DNA of 64,000 nucleotides, taken from a bacterium (GTDB taxonomy: Bacteria; BMS3Abin14). The translations under genes were made by a program, and so were the position numbers. The number at the start of each line of letters is the position of its first letter. The first letter of the stretch is position 1. Shown one piece after another: positions 30,202 through 40,090 of this stretch. Location of the stretch: NCBI GenBank assembly GCA_029210965.1, contig JARGFZ010000002.1, positions 63,016 to 127,015 on the forward strand, written 5' to 3'. A model generated the notes under the pieces. The model was not told the origin of the DNA, did not search any database, and was given only the letters and a program-made list of their open reading frames with translations.

Positions 30202-31764
30202 GTGGCAAACCTGGTATTCAGGTTCCTGTGTCAGCTATTTCGGGCAGGCGGCTTTTTTAATCAAAAGTGTATATTTATTAGAGGCGTTGCATGGGTTCCC
30301 CTTAATAATATAGGATATTCATATGGCAATGGCCATACAATCGGCGCACAGTCCGGTCAAGGTAGGGGGGTGACTGTGTGGGCTATTATGGAATTAGAAG
30401 ACAAGGGAACCTGCCGCTTTCCCACCGTTGGGTTTTTCCGGGGCCTTTTCCCGGTAATCTTGAGATTTATCCTCGTGCACTGTATGGGAGCCGGGGGGAA
30501 TTTTGAGAAGCGGGACCGTGAAGCAGCCCTCAATTTTGTTGAAGCGGCCAGGGCTGCCTCAATCAGTCGCATCATTTACCTCGGAGGGCTGACCCACGGG
30601 GAATGCCTTTCATCCCATCTTCGCAGTCGCATGGAGGTTGGCCGCATCCTCAGGGAGAGCGGAGTCCCCACGGTGGAGTTCCGGGCTTCCGTCATAATCG
30701 GATCGGGGAGCCTTTCCTTTGGCATGGTCAGGGCTCTTGTGGAGTGCCTCCCGGTCATGATCACCCCCAAGTGGGTCCGGGCTCTCGCTCAGCCCATTGC
30801 CGTAGAGGATGTCATCCAATATCTGCTGGACGCAGTAGATCTGCCGCTGGAGGGCAGTGCTGTTTTCGAAATAGGTGGGGCAGACAAGGTGTCCTACGAA
30901 GGGATCATGCGGGAGTACGCCAGGCAGCGAAAGCTCCGAAGGATCATGATCCCGGTCCCCTTTTTTTCACCCAAGGCAGCGAGCTACTGACTGGCACTGG
31001 TTACGCCGCTATATTTCAGGGTGGGCCGCAAACGCATCGCTTCCGTGAAGAACGACAGTGTGGTTAGGGATGCAGCTGCTCTTGAGGCTTTTTCGATCAG
31101 ACCCAAGGGGCTTGCAGAAGCCATAACCAGGGCCATCGGGAACGAGGACCAGCAGTTTGCGGCAACCCACTGGTCCGACGCCCTGGCCGGAGACAACAAG
31201 GGACACCATCTGTGGGGTTTAGGTTTCGGGTCTCGCCTTGTAGACTCCTACACCAGGGTACTGGAATACTCGCCTTCGGAAGTATTTTTACCGATCCATT
31301 GTATAGGTGGAGACCACGGTTGTTACATTTACCGCTGGCTTTGGTGGATCAGGGGAACTCGGGACCGCTGTTTGGGAGGAGTGGGCCTGCGAAGGGGACG
31401 GCGGGATCCCTGCGATCTGCGGGTGGGAGACGCCATAGATTCCTGGCGGGTGGAAAAGTTCATTCCTGACCGTTTTCTCCTGCTTTTCTCAGAGATGAAG
31501 CTTCCAGGCCGGGCGTGGACCTACTTCGACGTTTCTCCCCATGAAAAAGGATCAAGGGTTCGAATAACAGCTGTCTTCGATCCCAAGGGTTTCTGGGGAA
31601 GGATCTTGTGGGTCACGGTTTCTCCTTTTCACGCCCTCGTGTTCAAAAGTATGCTTAAAGGTATCGCCAAGGCGGTCGAGCGCAATAAAAAGTGTCCGAT
31701 GCAGGTTGAATATGAAGCTTTCCCGATCACTGCGGTTTCATCTTCTCCCCTATATCCGGGGTGA
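30202..31764 (+). pseudogene. Decayed paralog of the downstream NmrA-like/DUF2867 gene
   Basis: A single reading frame aligns to residues about 70-485 of the 31894..33351 product. It is interrupted by an in-frame TGA (ASSY*LALVTPLY) exactly where the intact copy has TGG-Trp (SSHWLSLVTPLY). The N-terminal Rossmann GxxGxxG region is missing or degenerate. Confidence 0.5.
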
Positions 31765-31893
31765 TCGACCTTGTTCTTGAATCAACCTCGACACTTATCA
31801 CAGAACTTTCTGTAAATTAAATATCAGGAAACAGATCATGCGGAATTACCTAATCCCTTGAAAGAAGGATAGAGCTGGCCTATTGTATTAAAC

Positions 31894-33351
31894 ATGGAAG
31901 ATGATCGCCTTATTCTGCTCACCGCTGCGTCTGGATACATAGGAGGACGCCTTCTCTCTGATCTGGAGGACAGAGGGGAGAGGGTCCGATGCCTCGTGCG
32001 CCATCCAGTCTATATGCGTTCCCGTATCGAACCCAGGACCCAGATCGTTGGTGGGGATGTCCTCGACCCGGAATCACTGGAAAAAGCTCTGGAAGGTGTG
32101 CACACAGCTTATTATCTCGTTCATTCCCTCGGTGGAGGAGAGGACTATGAAGAAAAGGACCAACAGGCGGCATCAAACTTCGGCAAAGCCGCTCTAAAGG
32201 CAAGCGTACGGCAGATCATCTACCTTGGAAACCTGGGGCGAGGAGAGGATCTGTCACCCTATCTGGCCAGCCGCCAGGAGGTGGGCCGCATCCTGCGGGA
32301 GTCGGGGGTGCCCACAATCGAGTTCCAGTCCTCCATCATCATCGGCTCCGGGAGCCTGTCCTATGAAATGGTGAGGGGATTGGTGGAGCGCCTGCCCATC
32401 ATGATAGCCCCTCGCTGGGTAAGGTCGAAGGTTCAGCCCATCGCAGTAGAAGATGTTCTGGTGTATCTGATTCAGGCTCTCGACCTGCCGGAACCCGAAA
32501 ATAGGATCTATGAGGTCGGGGGGGCGGACATATCCTCCTATGAGGGTGTTTTGAGACAGTACGCCCGCCAGAGGGGGCTGCGCCGCATAATTATTTCCAT
32601 CCCCCTCCTCACACCGCAGTTGTCCAGTCACTGGCTGTCCCTTGTAACTCCCCTTTATTACAAGGTTGGGCACCAGCTTGTTGAAGGGGTCAGGAACGAG
32701 AGAACCGTCCAGGACCCGAAGGCTCTGGAGGTTTTTCCCCTCAGACCCATGGGCCTGACGAAAGCCATGTCAAGGGCTATGTCCAAGGAGGATCATCAGT
32801 TTGCCAAGACCCACTGGTCCGATGCCCTTCCGGATATCATCCCCGGTCATCACTGGTGGGGTATGCCATTCGATGGCAGGCGGGTTGATTCCTATCACCG
32901 GATTCTGCCCTATTCCCCCGAGGAGGTTTTCACTCCCATCCAGTGTGTGGGGGGGGAGCATGGATGGTACGGCTGCAACTGGATGTGGAAAATAAGGGGG
33001 GCCATGGACCGATTGATTGGCGGCGTCGGCCTGCGCAGGGGGCGCAGGGAGCTCTGTGACATAAGAGTCGGGGATGCTATTGATTTCTGGCGGGTGGAAA
33101 AATACGTAGAGAACACACACCTTCTGCTTTACGCCGAGATGAAGCTGCCTGGCCGGGCGTGGCTCTATTTCGAGGTGGGTCCCAACGAGAAGGGCGCCGA
33201 GGTCCGTATGACGGCTGTTTTCGATCCCATGGGTGTATGGGGGAGGGTTTACTGGTACCTTGTCTATCCTTTCCATTACCTGGTCTTTAACAGCATGTTC
33301 AAGGGGATCGTCAGGGCTATTGAACAAAACAAAAAGGAGTGTGTCGTTTGA
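31894..33351 (+). CDS. NAD(P)-binding NmrA/SDR-like domain fused to DUF2867
   Basis: LLTAASGYIGGRL Rossmann motif at the N-terminus. The C-terminal half is the DUF2867-type domain. 485 aa, intact. Confidence 0.7.
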   Translation: MEDDRLILLTAASGYIGGRLLSDLEDRGERVRCLVRHPVYMRSRIEPRTQIVGGDVLDPESLEKALEGVHTAYYLVHSLGGGEDYEEKDQQAASNFGKAALKASVRQIIYLGNLGRGEDLSPYLASRQEVGRILRESGVPTIEFQSSIIIGSGSLSYEMVRGLVERLPIMIAPRWVRSKVQPIAVEDVLVYLIQALDLPEPENRIYEVGGADISSYEGVLRQYARQRGLRRIIISIPLLTPQLSSHWLSLVTPLYYKVGHQLVEGVRNERTVQDPKALEVFPLRPMGLTKAMSRAMSKEDHQFAKTHWSDALPDIIPGHHWWGMPFDGRRVDSYHRILPYSPEEVFTPIQCVGGEHGWYGCNWMWKIRGAMDRLIGGVGLRRGRRELCDIRVGDAIDFWRVEKYVENTHLLLYAEMKLPGRAWLYFEVGPNEKGAEVRMTAVFDPMGVWGRVYWYLVYPFHYLVFNSMFKGIVRAIEQNKKECVV

Positions 33352-33421
33352 TGGACCCGGAAAAGTTCATCAAACAGTCCCGCCAGAAAACGGGAAGGGA
33401 TTTTTTGGGAGGATATCAACA

Positions 33422-33931
33422 ATGAAGGGGAAATTGCAGTCCGGTGCCGGTTTTGTGGTTTTTCTGCTGATGTGCCTGGGGACCCAGCTTACCGGCAGTT
33501 TTCTGACCTTGCCGGCCATTCGCTCGGGATGGTACGCAGGTCTCGAAAAACCGTTCTTTAACCCGCCCGGTTGGCTCTTCGGGCCGGTCTGGACTGTGCT
33601 CTATTTTACTATGGCTGTGGCAGCCTGGATGGTATGGAACCGGGATCCCGAAGCTCCCCTCGTCAAGCCTGCTCTGCTGATCTTCTTTACACAGCTTATC
33701 TTCAACGTGTTCTGGTCGGCTTTTTTCTTCGGTATGCGTCGGCCCGGGTTGGCCCTCATGGAGATCATTGTGTTGTGGCTGTTGATATTGGCCACTGTAC
33801 TTGTTTTTGCCAGGATCAGCAGATGGGCGGCTTTGCTTCTGGTTCCATACCTGGTCTGGGTTCTATATGCTGCGGCACTCAACGGTGCCATCTGGTGGTT
33901 GAACCGGGGTCTTGCGGCTCCAGGGGGGTGA
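33422..33931 (+). CDS. tspO: TspO/MBR family (tryptophan-rich sensory protein)
   Basis: 5 TMs and the Trp-rich motifs FFNPPGWLFGPVWTVLY ... VPYLVWVLYAAALN. Start at MKGKLQSG; the longer listed ORF overlaps the upstream gene. Confidence 0.85.
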   Translation: MKGKLQSGAGFVVFLLMCLGTQLTGSFLTLPAIRSGWYAGLEKPFFNPPGWLFGPVWTVLYFTMAVAAWMVWNRDPEAPLVKPALLIFFTQLIFNVFWSAFFFGMRRPGLALMEIIVLWLLILATVLVFARISRWAALLLVPYLVWVLYAAALNGAIWWLNRGLAAPGG

Positions 33932-33989
33932 TGATGACCTGCGGTAGAGCAGAACCCGGAAAAACGGGGAGTTCTGAAAGGAAGCCTTC

Positions 33990-34280
33990 TTGGAGGTAGT
34001 GTCGACCATCGCGTCAGGGGCGCGACTCATGCGATCCCATCCGAAAAAATCTGTTCTTTCCCTTACGTTCACTAATGGCGCTAAATCCAATGGGCAGGTC
34101 ATAAAGGGCATGAAAGAGCTGGCCAAAGGTAACGAGCCCTATATGCTTGGGGCGGCCCTTGTGGGTGTAAAGGGTCTTCAAAAGATCGTTGCGGATGCCG
34201 CCAGCCTGTTTTTCAACCGTGAATTTGCCGCCTTTGACGACATGGATGAGGCGAAGGAATGTCTGCTCTCGCACGGGTAA
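33990..34280 (+). CDS. Small STAS/SpoIIAA-like domain protein (tentative)
   Basis: 96 aa. The pattern ...VKGLQKIVADAASLFFNREFAAFDDMDEAKECL resembles STAS-like families that end ...eeAleWL. Confidence 0.35.
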   Translation: MEVVSTIASGARLMRSHPKKSVLSLTFTNGAKSNGQVIKGMKELAKGNEPYMLGAALVGVKGLQKIVADAASLFFNREFAAFDDMDEAKECLLSHG

Positions 34281-34330
34281 AATAAAGTACCCGGTACCCA
34301 GGAGCCAGTAGCCAGGAGGAAAGAACTGTA

Positions 34331-34587
34331 TCTAAGTCTCTAGCCCGGACTATTCACGAGGTTCTTTTCCGTTCCGGCGGCGTTGCTGAGTCGTTCGCTT
34401 GTGCGGAATACTAAAGTATGCCTCCGCGCTCACTGGACAGTCGCCTTGCCGGAACGAAAAACTCCTCTCCTGACTCTGTCCGCTCAACCCCGCCTAATTC
34501 ATGATGCTTATAGCGCCATTCCCATTTATCTTTAATTGCCACACAGTTAGCTGACATCTCATTTGCATCATGAATAATGCGGGCTAG
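34331..34587. mobile_element. MITE-like non-autonomous element, copy 2
   Basis: See copy 1 (14341..14588). Same orientation, about 90% identity, TA on both flanks. Confidence 0.7.
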
Positions 34588-34730
34588 GTGTCGAAGTGTC
34601 GAGGTAAAACCTTCAATAATCAACCTGCCACAGCGATTAGTCACGGCAAACCAAAGGCGACTACGGAAGCTGAATTAATCTTTGATTTTTGGTCAACTTT
34701 GAGATCTGAGATCTGAAATTTGAAATTTGA

Positions 34731-35192
34731 CTAACTTTCCGGCAGGAACCCTGACACCTCGGTCTGCAGCAGGTGTGTTATGGTGTCCCTATCCTGTGAA
34801 ACATCCCAGATGGATTCCAGGTTCTTATACCTTGAAATAACTCCACCTTTTTTCTCGACGATAATGATGGAGCTGGAGAAAATTTCAAATTGTTCCAGAA
34901 AGTGTCTGTTTTCAGGATCATCCACGTTGATAATGCACATAGCCAATTTGCCGGCGCCGAAGTGGTCGGCATAGGTTATCTGCAAAGTATTTTGGAGGGT
35001 TGATTCCAGGACTTCACACGATTGGCAACGGAACTTGCGATGAAAGTAGTAAACGATAACCTGGTTCTCGTTAAGGTTCCCGAGACATCCGTCAGGCAAC
35101 GAACTCTCAGCCAAGGCTGGCCCTGGTGTTGCCACCAGCAGGGTTGCCAGCAGCATGGTGGCAAAAAACACCGTTACACGAAACGCAGTCAT
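34731..35192 (-). CDS. Secreted thioredoxin-fold protein (CxxC)
   Basis: Signal peptide, a YYFHRKFRCQSCEV CxxC motif and a second Cys in MCIINVDDPENRHFLEQF. Tentative. Confidence 0.35.
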   Translation of the reverse strand: MTAFRVTVFFATMLLATLLVATPGPALAESSLPDGCLGNLNENQVIVYYFHRKFRCQSCEVLESTLQNTLQITYADHFGAGKLAMCIINVDDPENRHFLEQFEIFSSSIIIVEKKGGVISRYKNLESIWDVSQDRDTITHLLQTEVSGFLPES

Positions 35193-35597
35193 CTCAGGCA
35201 ATGCCTCCCCTCGGCAAAATATCCCGGTCAAACACCTGTTAGCAGAAGATAAGTCGGTGGGCTTTCTTTATGATTGCCTACCGAACAACACAATATTTTA
35301 GAGGAATACAGAAATAAAATCCACCATCTAATAACGGATTTTTTTAAACGCAGAGTTCGCGAAGGACGCAGAGGAAGGCTCTAAACTTGGGAAAGCGCGG
35401 TTACTTTAATAGCAGAATGCAGAACGTAGAACGTAGAACGTAGAATTAAACTCGAACCCGAACCCGAATGTTCTGTCATTCCGGGCAAAGCGCAAGGGAT
35501 GACCCGGAATCCAGTATCTTAAAGTGATTAAAGCCTTAACGCAGGAGGAGATCAAAAGCATGTTGATTACAGTAATCAGCTGACAGACAATTTCTCT

Positions 35598-35677
35598 TGC
35601 ACCTTGCACCTTGCACCTTGCACCTTGCACCTTGCACCTTGCACCTTGCACCTTGCACCTTGCACCTTGCACCTTGG
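35598..35677. repeat. Tandem heptamer array (GCACCTT)n, about 11 copies
   Basis: Perfect 7-bp period read directly. It is preceded at about 35413..35470 by (CAGAACG/TAGAACG)n and (AACCCGA)n arrays. Confidence 0.95.
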
Positions 35678-35678
35678 A

Positions 35679-36851
35679 TCAACCAACCCCTTCGATCATA
35701 AAGATCGTCACCTCAGGTGGTGCGAAAAGCCTCAGTGGAGGCCCCCATGTCCCGGTTCCGCGGCTGGTGTAAATTTTAGATCCCATCCCGAGATCATACA
35801 GGCCTGCCAAATAGGGATAGCGCAGTTTAACCGGATAGTTGAAGGGGAAGATCTGGCCCTTGTGTGTGTGGCCGGACAGCTGGAGCTGGAAGCGTCCCAG
35901 GGATGATTCCTCGATGACAGGATGGTGTTTTAACATGATCGTAAAGAGACCCTCCTCATCACCCATGTTCAGGGCGGCTCCCTCGTCGGTGTAGGAGAGT
36001 TGCCTGGTTTGCCGTTCTGCCGGAAAGTCAACACCTGCTATACGTACAGGACCGGTTGTCACTGCCTGGCCGCGCAGCACGGTGAACCCGGCATCCTTGA
36101 TAAAGGCAAGGCTTTCCTTGAGGCCGGCGTAAAACTCATGATTACCGGTGACAGCAAATTTTCCCAGGGGAGGGTTGATGGCGGCAAAATAGGCGCTCAT
36201 GTGGTTAAGGTGAGGAATCGCCCCGTCCATGAAGTCCCCTGTACAAACTAGAAGATCCGGTTTCTCATCAAAAATTATGGAGGCTATCTGATCGATACGC
36301 TTCTGGCCTTCAATGACCCCGAGGTGCACATCCGATATTTGAGCGACCTTGACCGGTTTGCTGCCAAGGGGGAGAAGCTGTGTTCTGATAGTGATCCTTT
36401 CCGTTTTCAGGTTCCGGGCTTCAAAAAAGCCAAGGACAGTAGCCGCTGATATAATAACGATAATGGCAATATATGCTGCTTTCGGGGGCAGGATGAGTCT
36501 GTAGGATTCCGGTGTGATAAGAGCTGCCGCCCTCACTCCCGTGTTCCACAGGTCCCGGACAATACCCAGGGACAGAAACCACAGCAGGATCGCCATCCAG
36601 GTGTAGGAGACCCATGCCATGGCGGTTGCTCCCAATATCTGGTCATTTCTTTCCAGAAAACGAACGAGAATGGGCCCGTTCAGCATCAGGAGCAGGAACC
36701 CGGTAAGAAGAGCAAGCCACCACCCCTGAGGTTGAAGAACCTGAACAGTCTTCCAGAAAAAATAGGCGTGCATGCTGCCGTAGATGCCAAAATAGATGAG
36801 AAGGAAAATCAGCATATTATTTCCCCAGGGTGCAGTTATGTGGGAATTCAC
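35679..36851 (-). CDS. Membrane-anchored metallophosphoesterase (calcineurin-like)
   Basis: Has ISDVHLG...GDFMDG...GNHEF motifs. N-terminal TM helices. Confidence 0.8.
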   Translation of the reverse strand: MNSHITAPWGNNMLIFLLIYFGIYGSMHAYFFWKTVQVLQPQGWWLALLTGFLLLMLNGPILVRFLERNDQILGATAMAWVSYTWMAILLWFLSLGIVRDLWNTGVRAAALITPESYRLILPPKAAYIAIIVIISAATVLGFFEARNLKTERITIRTQLLPLGSKPVKVAQISDVHLGVIEGQKRIDQIASIIFDEKPDLLVCTGDFMDGAIPHLNHMSAYFAAINPPLGKFAVTGNHEFYAGLKESLAFIKDAGFTVLRGQAVTTGPVRIAGVDFPAERQTRQLSYTDEGAALNMGDEEGLFTIMLKHHPVIEESSLGRFQLQLSGHTHKGQIFPFNYPVKLRYPYLAGLYDLGMGSKIYTSRGTGTWGPPLRLFAPPEVTIFMIEGVG

Positions 36852-36956
36852 ACAATGACATCTGTTATATTAGAATTCATTCAGACAAGGCAAGCAAGCT
36901 TGAATGAGAATATCCCTGAAGCGCAAACTGAAGACAGTGGGAACTAGATCCCGGGA

Positions 36957-37919
36957 GTGCTTTCCATGAATATCACCATTCGGATGGTCCTCATTCTTTC
37001 CTCTTTCGCTGTTGTTCTTGCCATAGCAACTTTCCTTGCGGCTGTTTCCCCTGCTCTCGCTACGACTGACTACGCCATCGAGACGGGGCAGGAATGTTCT
37101 ATCTGTCACATCTCCTCATCGGGCGGCGGAGGGTTGACCCAGGCTGGCGAGTCCTACAGCGAGGACGCAGAGAACTGGAAGGCCCCGGCCGGGCCTGCCA
37201 AAAAGATTCCGGTCTACCTCCGGGTGGTTCACATGATCATTCTTTATGCTCACGTCTTTTTCGGTATCATATGGATAGGTACCATCCTCTACGTACACCT
37301 GGTTTTAAAACCCAAATACGCACTGGGAGGTCTTCCCAGAGCGGAACTCAGGCTGGCATGGCTCTCCATGCCCATGCTGGGTCTGACGGGTGTGCTCCTT
37401 ACAATGTGGAGGCTACAGCTTGCGCCGGGCCTTTTTACGACCATGTTTGGAAAGCTGCTCCTTGCCAAGATCACGGTGTTCCTTCTAATGGTGTCTTCGG
37501 CCACCTTCGTGACCCTTTACATCGGCCCCCGGCTCAAGGCACTTGTGGCGCATCACGGATCTGTTAGGGATATCTCCGGCAAGGACCGGTTCACCCCGGA
37601 GGAGCTGGAGGACTACGATGGTGTCGGGGATAGCAAAACCCTCATCGCCGCCATGGACAAGGTGTACGACGTTTCACCAAGCCCCATGTGGAAGGGGGGA
37701 GTGCATGCCAGACGCCACAAGGCGGGACAGGATCTGACAGAATATCTGGATGGCGCCCCCCACGGACCTGAAGTTCTGGACAGGTACGAGAAGGTGGGGG
37801 AGTTTGTTAAAGTGTCGGCTAAAGTTCCCGCCGTTGTGCGGATCTTTACCGTAAACGCCTACTTCAACCTCATCGGATGTTTCCTCATAGTCCTTATCCT
37901 TGCCCTGTGGAGATGGTGA
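36957..37919 (+). CDS. Membrane protein with N-terminal CxxCH motif, four TMs and a C-terminal cytochrome b5-like heme-binding domain
   Basis: ECSICH after the signal peptide. The C-terminal FTPEELEDYDG...KVYDVSPSPMWKGGVHARRHKAGQDLTEYL fits the cyt-b5/steroid-binding fold. Confidence 0.6.
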   Translation: MLSMNITIRMVLILSSFAVVLAIATFLAAVSPALATTDYAIETGQECSICHISSSGGGGLTQAGESYSEDAENWKAPAGPAKKIPVYLRVVHMIILYAHVFFGIIWIGTILYVHLVLKPKYALGGLPRAELRLAWLSMPMLGLTGVLLTMWRLQLAPGLFTTMFGKLLLAKITVFLLMVSSATFVTLYIGPRLKALVAHHGSVRDISGKDRFTPEELEDYDGVGDSKTLIAAMDKVYDVSPSPMWKGGVHARRHKAGQDLTEYLDGAPHGPEVLDRYEKVGEFVKVSAKVPAVVRIFTVNAYFNLIGCFLIVLILALWRW

Positions 37920-38002
37920 AGGACAGTGCGAAGCCATCAACCTTGAAACCCGAAACTGATAATTCTGCCCTCAATCGATTCATTTCACATTATCATGATC
38001 AA

Positions 38003-38476
38003 ATGACAGACGAAACCCACACATATCGATTAATGCATCCTGGAGAGGAACGGACCGTTTGCGAAATGGTTCATCGTGTTTTCGACCTTTCGATAGCGCC
38101 TCTCTACAGTAAAAAAGGCCAGCAAAACTTTAAAAAATATGTTGATCCGGAAGAGATGTCCGCGAGGACCCACGCCCACCATTTCGTCCTTCTGGCACTG
38201 GCAGATGGTGTTATGATCGGGATGATCGAGATGCGCCGCCATCGGCACGTATCCCTGTTTTTTGTAGAGTCGGAGTTTCAGGGCAAGGGGGTGGCAAGGG
38301 AGCTTCTGAAAAAGGCTGTTAAGTTTTGCCGATCGACAGACCCAAAGTTGAGGGAGTTCACGGTGAACTCCTCCCCCAATGCCCTCGGGGCCTACCAACG
38401 GTTGGGTTTTACGGCCACCGGAGAAGAAAATACCATTAGTGGAGTGCGATATATTCCCATGAAAAAGGTGTTGTGA
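38003..38476 (+). CDS. GNAT-family N-acetyltransferase
   Basis: VMIGMIEMRR...FFVESEFQGKGVARELLKKA is the acetyl-CoA binding motif A. The start chosen is the internal MTDETH. Confidence 0.75.
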   Translation: MTDETHTYRLMHPGEERTVCEMVHRVFDLSIAPLYSKKGQQNFKKYVDPEEMSARTHAHHFVLLALADGVMIGMIEMRRHRHVSLFFVESEFQGKGVARELLKKAVKFCRSTDPKLREFTVNSSPNALGAYQRLGFTATGEENTISGVRYIPMKKVL

Positions 38477-38631
38477 CGCGATCCCGGTTACTATAAGAGG
38501 CGACCTCTTTTTACCGCAGAGGACGTCACGCCAGAGGCGTGATGTCGCCGCGTCACCGCGTCACCCTGTCATGTGAATTTCAATCTACCCCGTGTCCCCC
38601 GCCTGCCCTGAGCTTGTCGAAGGGCGTCCCC

Positions 38632-39324
38632 ATGTCATATGAATTTCAAACCACCTGCTTCAACACACCTTCCCCTCGATATTATCCCCGTGCTAATATA
38701 ATTGCCGTGAGTGTCCTTTATTTTCTTGATCTTCTGGGTACAGCCGCTTTCGCTGCCTCCGGTGCCCTCGCCGGTGTTCAGCGGAGAATGGATCTTCTCG
38801 GAGTGGTGGTCCTCGCATTGGTCACGGCCGTCGGAGGCGGTACTATAAGAGACGTCCTGCTGGGTTCGGTGCCGCCGTTCTGCTTCAAGGACGAAAATTA
38901 TCTTTACCTGTCTATTGTTGTGGCTCTACTGGTCTTCTATTTTCATCACAGCCTGGATTTTCTGCACCGGCCCCTGCTGTACTTCGATGCTCTGGGTCTC
39001 GGGACCTTCCTCGTGATTGGCACCGGCAAGGCCCTGGCTTACAATCATGGTTTTTTGGTGGCTGTTATGATGGGTGTGATGACGGCTACCGCAGGCGGAG
39101 TGGTGCGGGACGTTCTGTCTGACCAGGTGCCGTTCATTCTTCAGAAGGAGATCTATGCCACCGCCTGCATCTTCGGGGGTATCCTGTACTATTTTCTTTA
39201 TCGATTGGGAGTGAACGAATCTCTGGTCGCGGTGGTCGCAGCCCTTGTGGTTGTCGTTATCCGCGTCATCGCCATCCACCGGCACTGGTCCCTGCCTGTA
39301 GCCAAGATCGACCAGGGCCTTTGA
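38632..39324 (+). CDS. UPF0126/TRIC-family membrane protein (YadS-like, duplicated glycine-rich domains)
   Basis: Two copies of ...AASGALAG...DLLGVVVLALVTAVGGGTIRDVLL... Confidence 0.7.
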   Translation: MSYEFQTTCFNTPSPRYYPRANIIAVSVLYFLDLLGTAAFAASGALAGVQRRMDLLGVVVLALVTAVGGGTIRDVLLGSVPPFCFKDENYLYLSIVVALLVFYFHHSLDFLHRPLLYFDALGLGTFLVIGTGKALAYNHGFLVAVMMGVMTATAGGVVRDVLSDQVPFILQKEIYATACIFGGILYYFLYRLGVNESLVAVVAALVVVVIRVIAIHRHWSLPVAKIDQGL

Positions 39325-39426
39325 TCTCATGGGAAACGGTTCTCAAATTAAACACGAGCCATTTGATTCTACAGGAAGAGTCATCCATCCGGGAGGGCTG
39401 ATCCTGTCAGCGAAAGCAGAAAGAAA

Positions 39427-40083
39427 ATGAACATCGCAAAAAACGTCTTGTTCGATTTTGATGGAACCCTGATGAACACCTGGCCTGGGATCGAAGCGAC
39501 TCTCAAGGCTTCCCTGAAAGCCCTTGATATCTCTGTGCCTGATGCTATTGTAACCCGCGCCCTGGTGGGGATCCCCCTTATGAGGGTTTTTGAAGTGCTC
39601 CTGGAAGGTGATACGGTCAGGGCCGGGCTTGCCACGGACAAGTACAGAGAGTTGTTCCCCGTGGTTGGCATGTCCGGTGCCAGCCCTTTTGAAGGAGTGC
39701 CGGGGATGTTGGAAGGGCTGAAGATGGAGGGTCGGGAGGTTTTTCTGGTCACGGCTCGCAATGAGATGATCACAAAGCAGATGATGATAGACCACAGCCT
39801 GACCCGATTCTTCACATGGGTGCGGGGAGAACAGGAGGGCGAGGTCCTCGATGGGAAAGAGCGCATGGTGGCTGAGGTCCTTCAGAAATTCAGCCTGAAC
39901 CCTGAAGATTGTGTTTTTGTCGGTGACCGCAGGTACGATGTTGAGGCCGCCCTTGCCAACAGTATGCAGGCTGTGGGTGTAACCTATGGATATGGTACGG
40001 AAGAAGAGTTAATGGATGCCGGAGCCGCGCAGTTGGCGGGATCTATAGAGGAGTTGGGGGAAATGCTTTTAAAAGCAAATTAA
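39427..40083 (+). CDS. HAD-IA family hydrolase (phosphoglycolate phosphatase-like)
   Basis: Has FDFDGTL, VTARNE and VGDRRYDVEAA motifs. Confidence 0.8.
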   Translation: MNIAKNVLFDFDGTLMNTWPGIEATLKASLKALDISVPDAIVTRALVGIPLMRVFEVLLEGDTVRAGLATDKYRELFPVVGMSGASPFEGVPGMLEGLKMEGREVFLVTARNEMITKQMMIDHSLTRFFTWVRGEQEGEVLDGKERMVAEVLQKFSLNPEDCVFVGDRRYDVEAALANSMQAVGVTYGYGTEEELMDAGAAQLAGSIEELGEMLLKAN

Positions 40084-40090
40084 TTGAGGA

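Noticed and set aside
30988-30990. In-frame TGA in the upstream NmrA/DUF2867 copy considered as selenocysteine or Trp recoding
   Set aside because: It aligns with a TGG-Trp in the intact paralog. TGA terminates many other genes in the window, and the same copy also lacks its N-terminal domain. A nonsense mutation in a pseudogene is the simplest reading.
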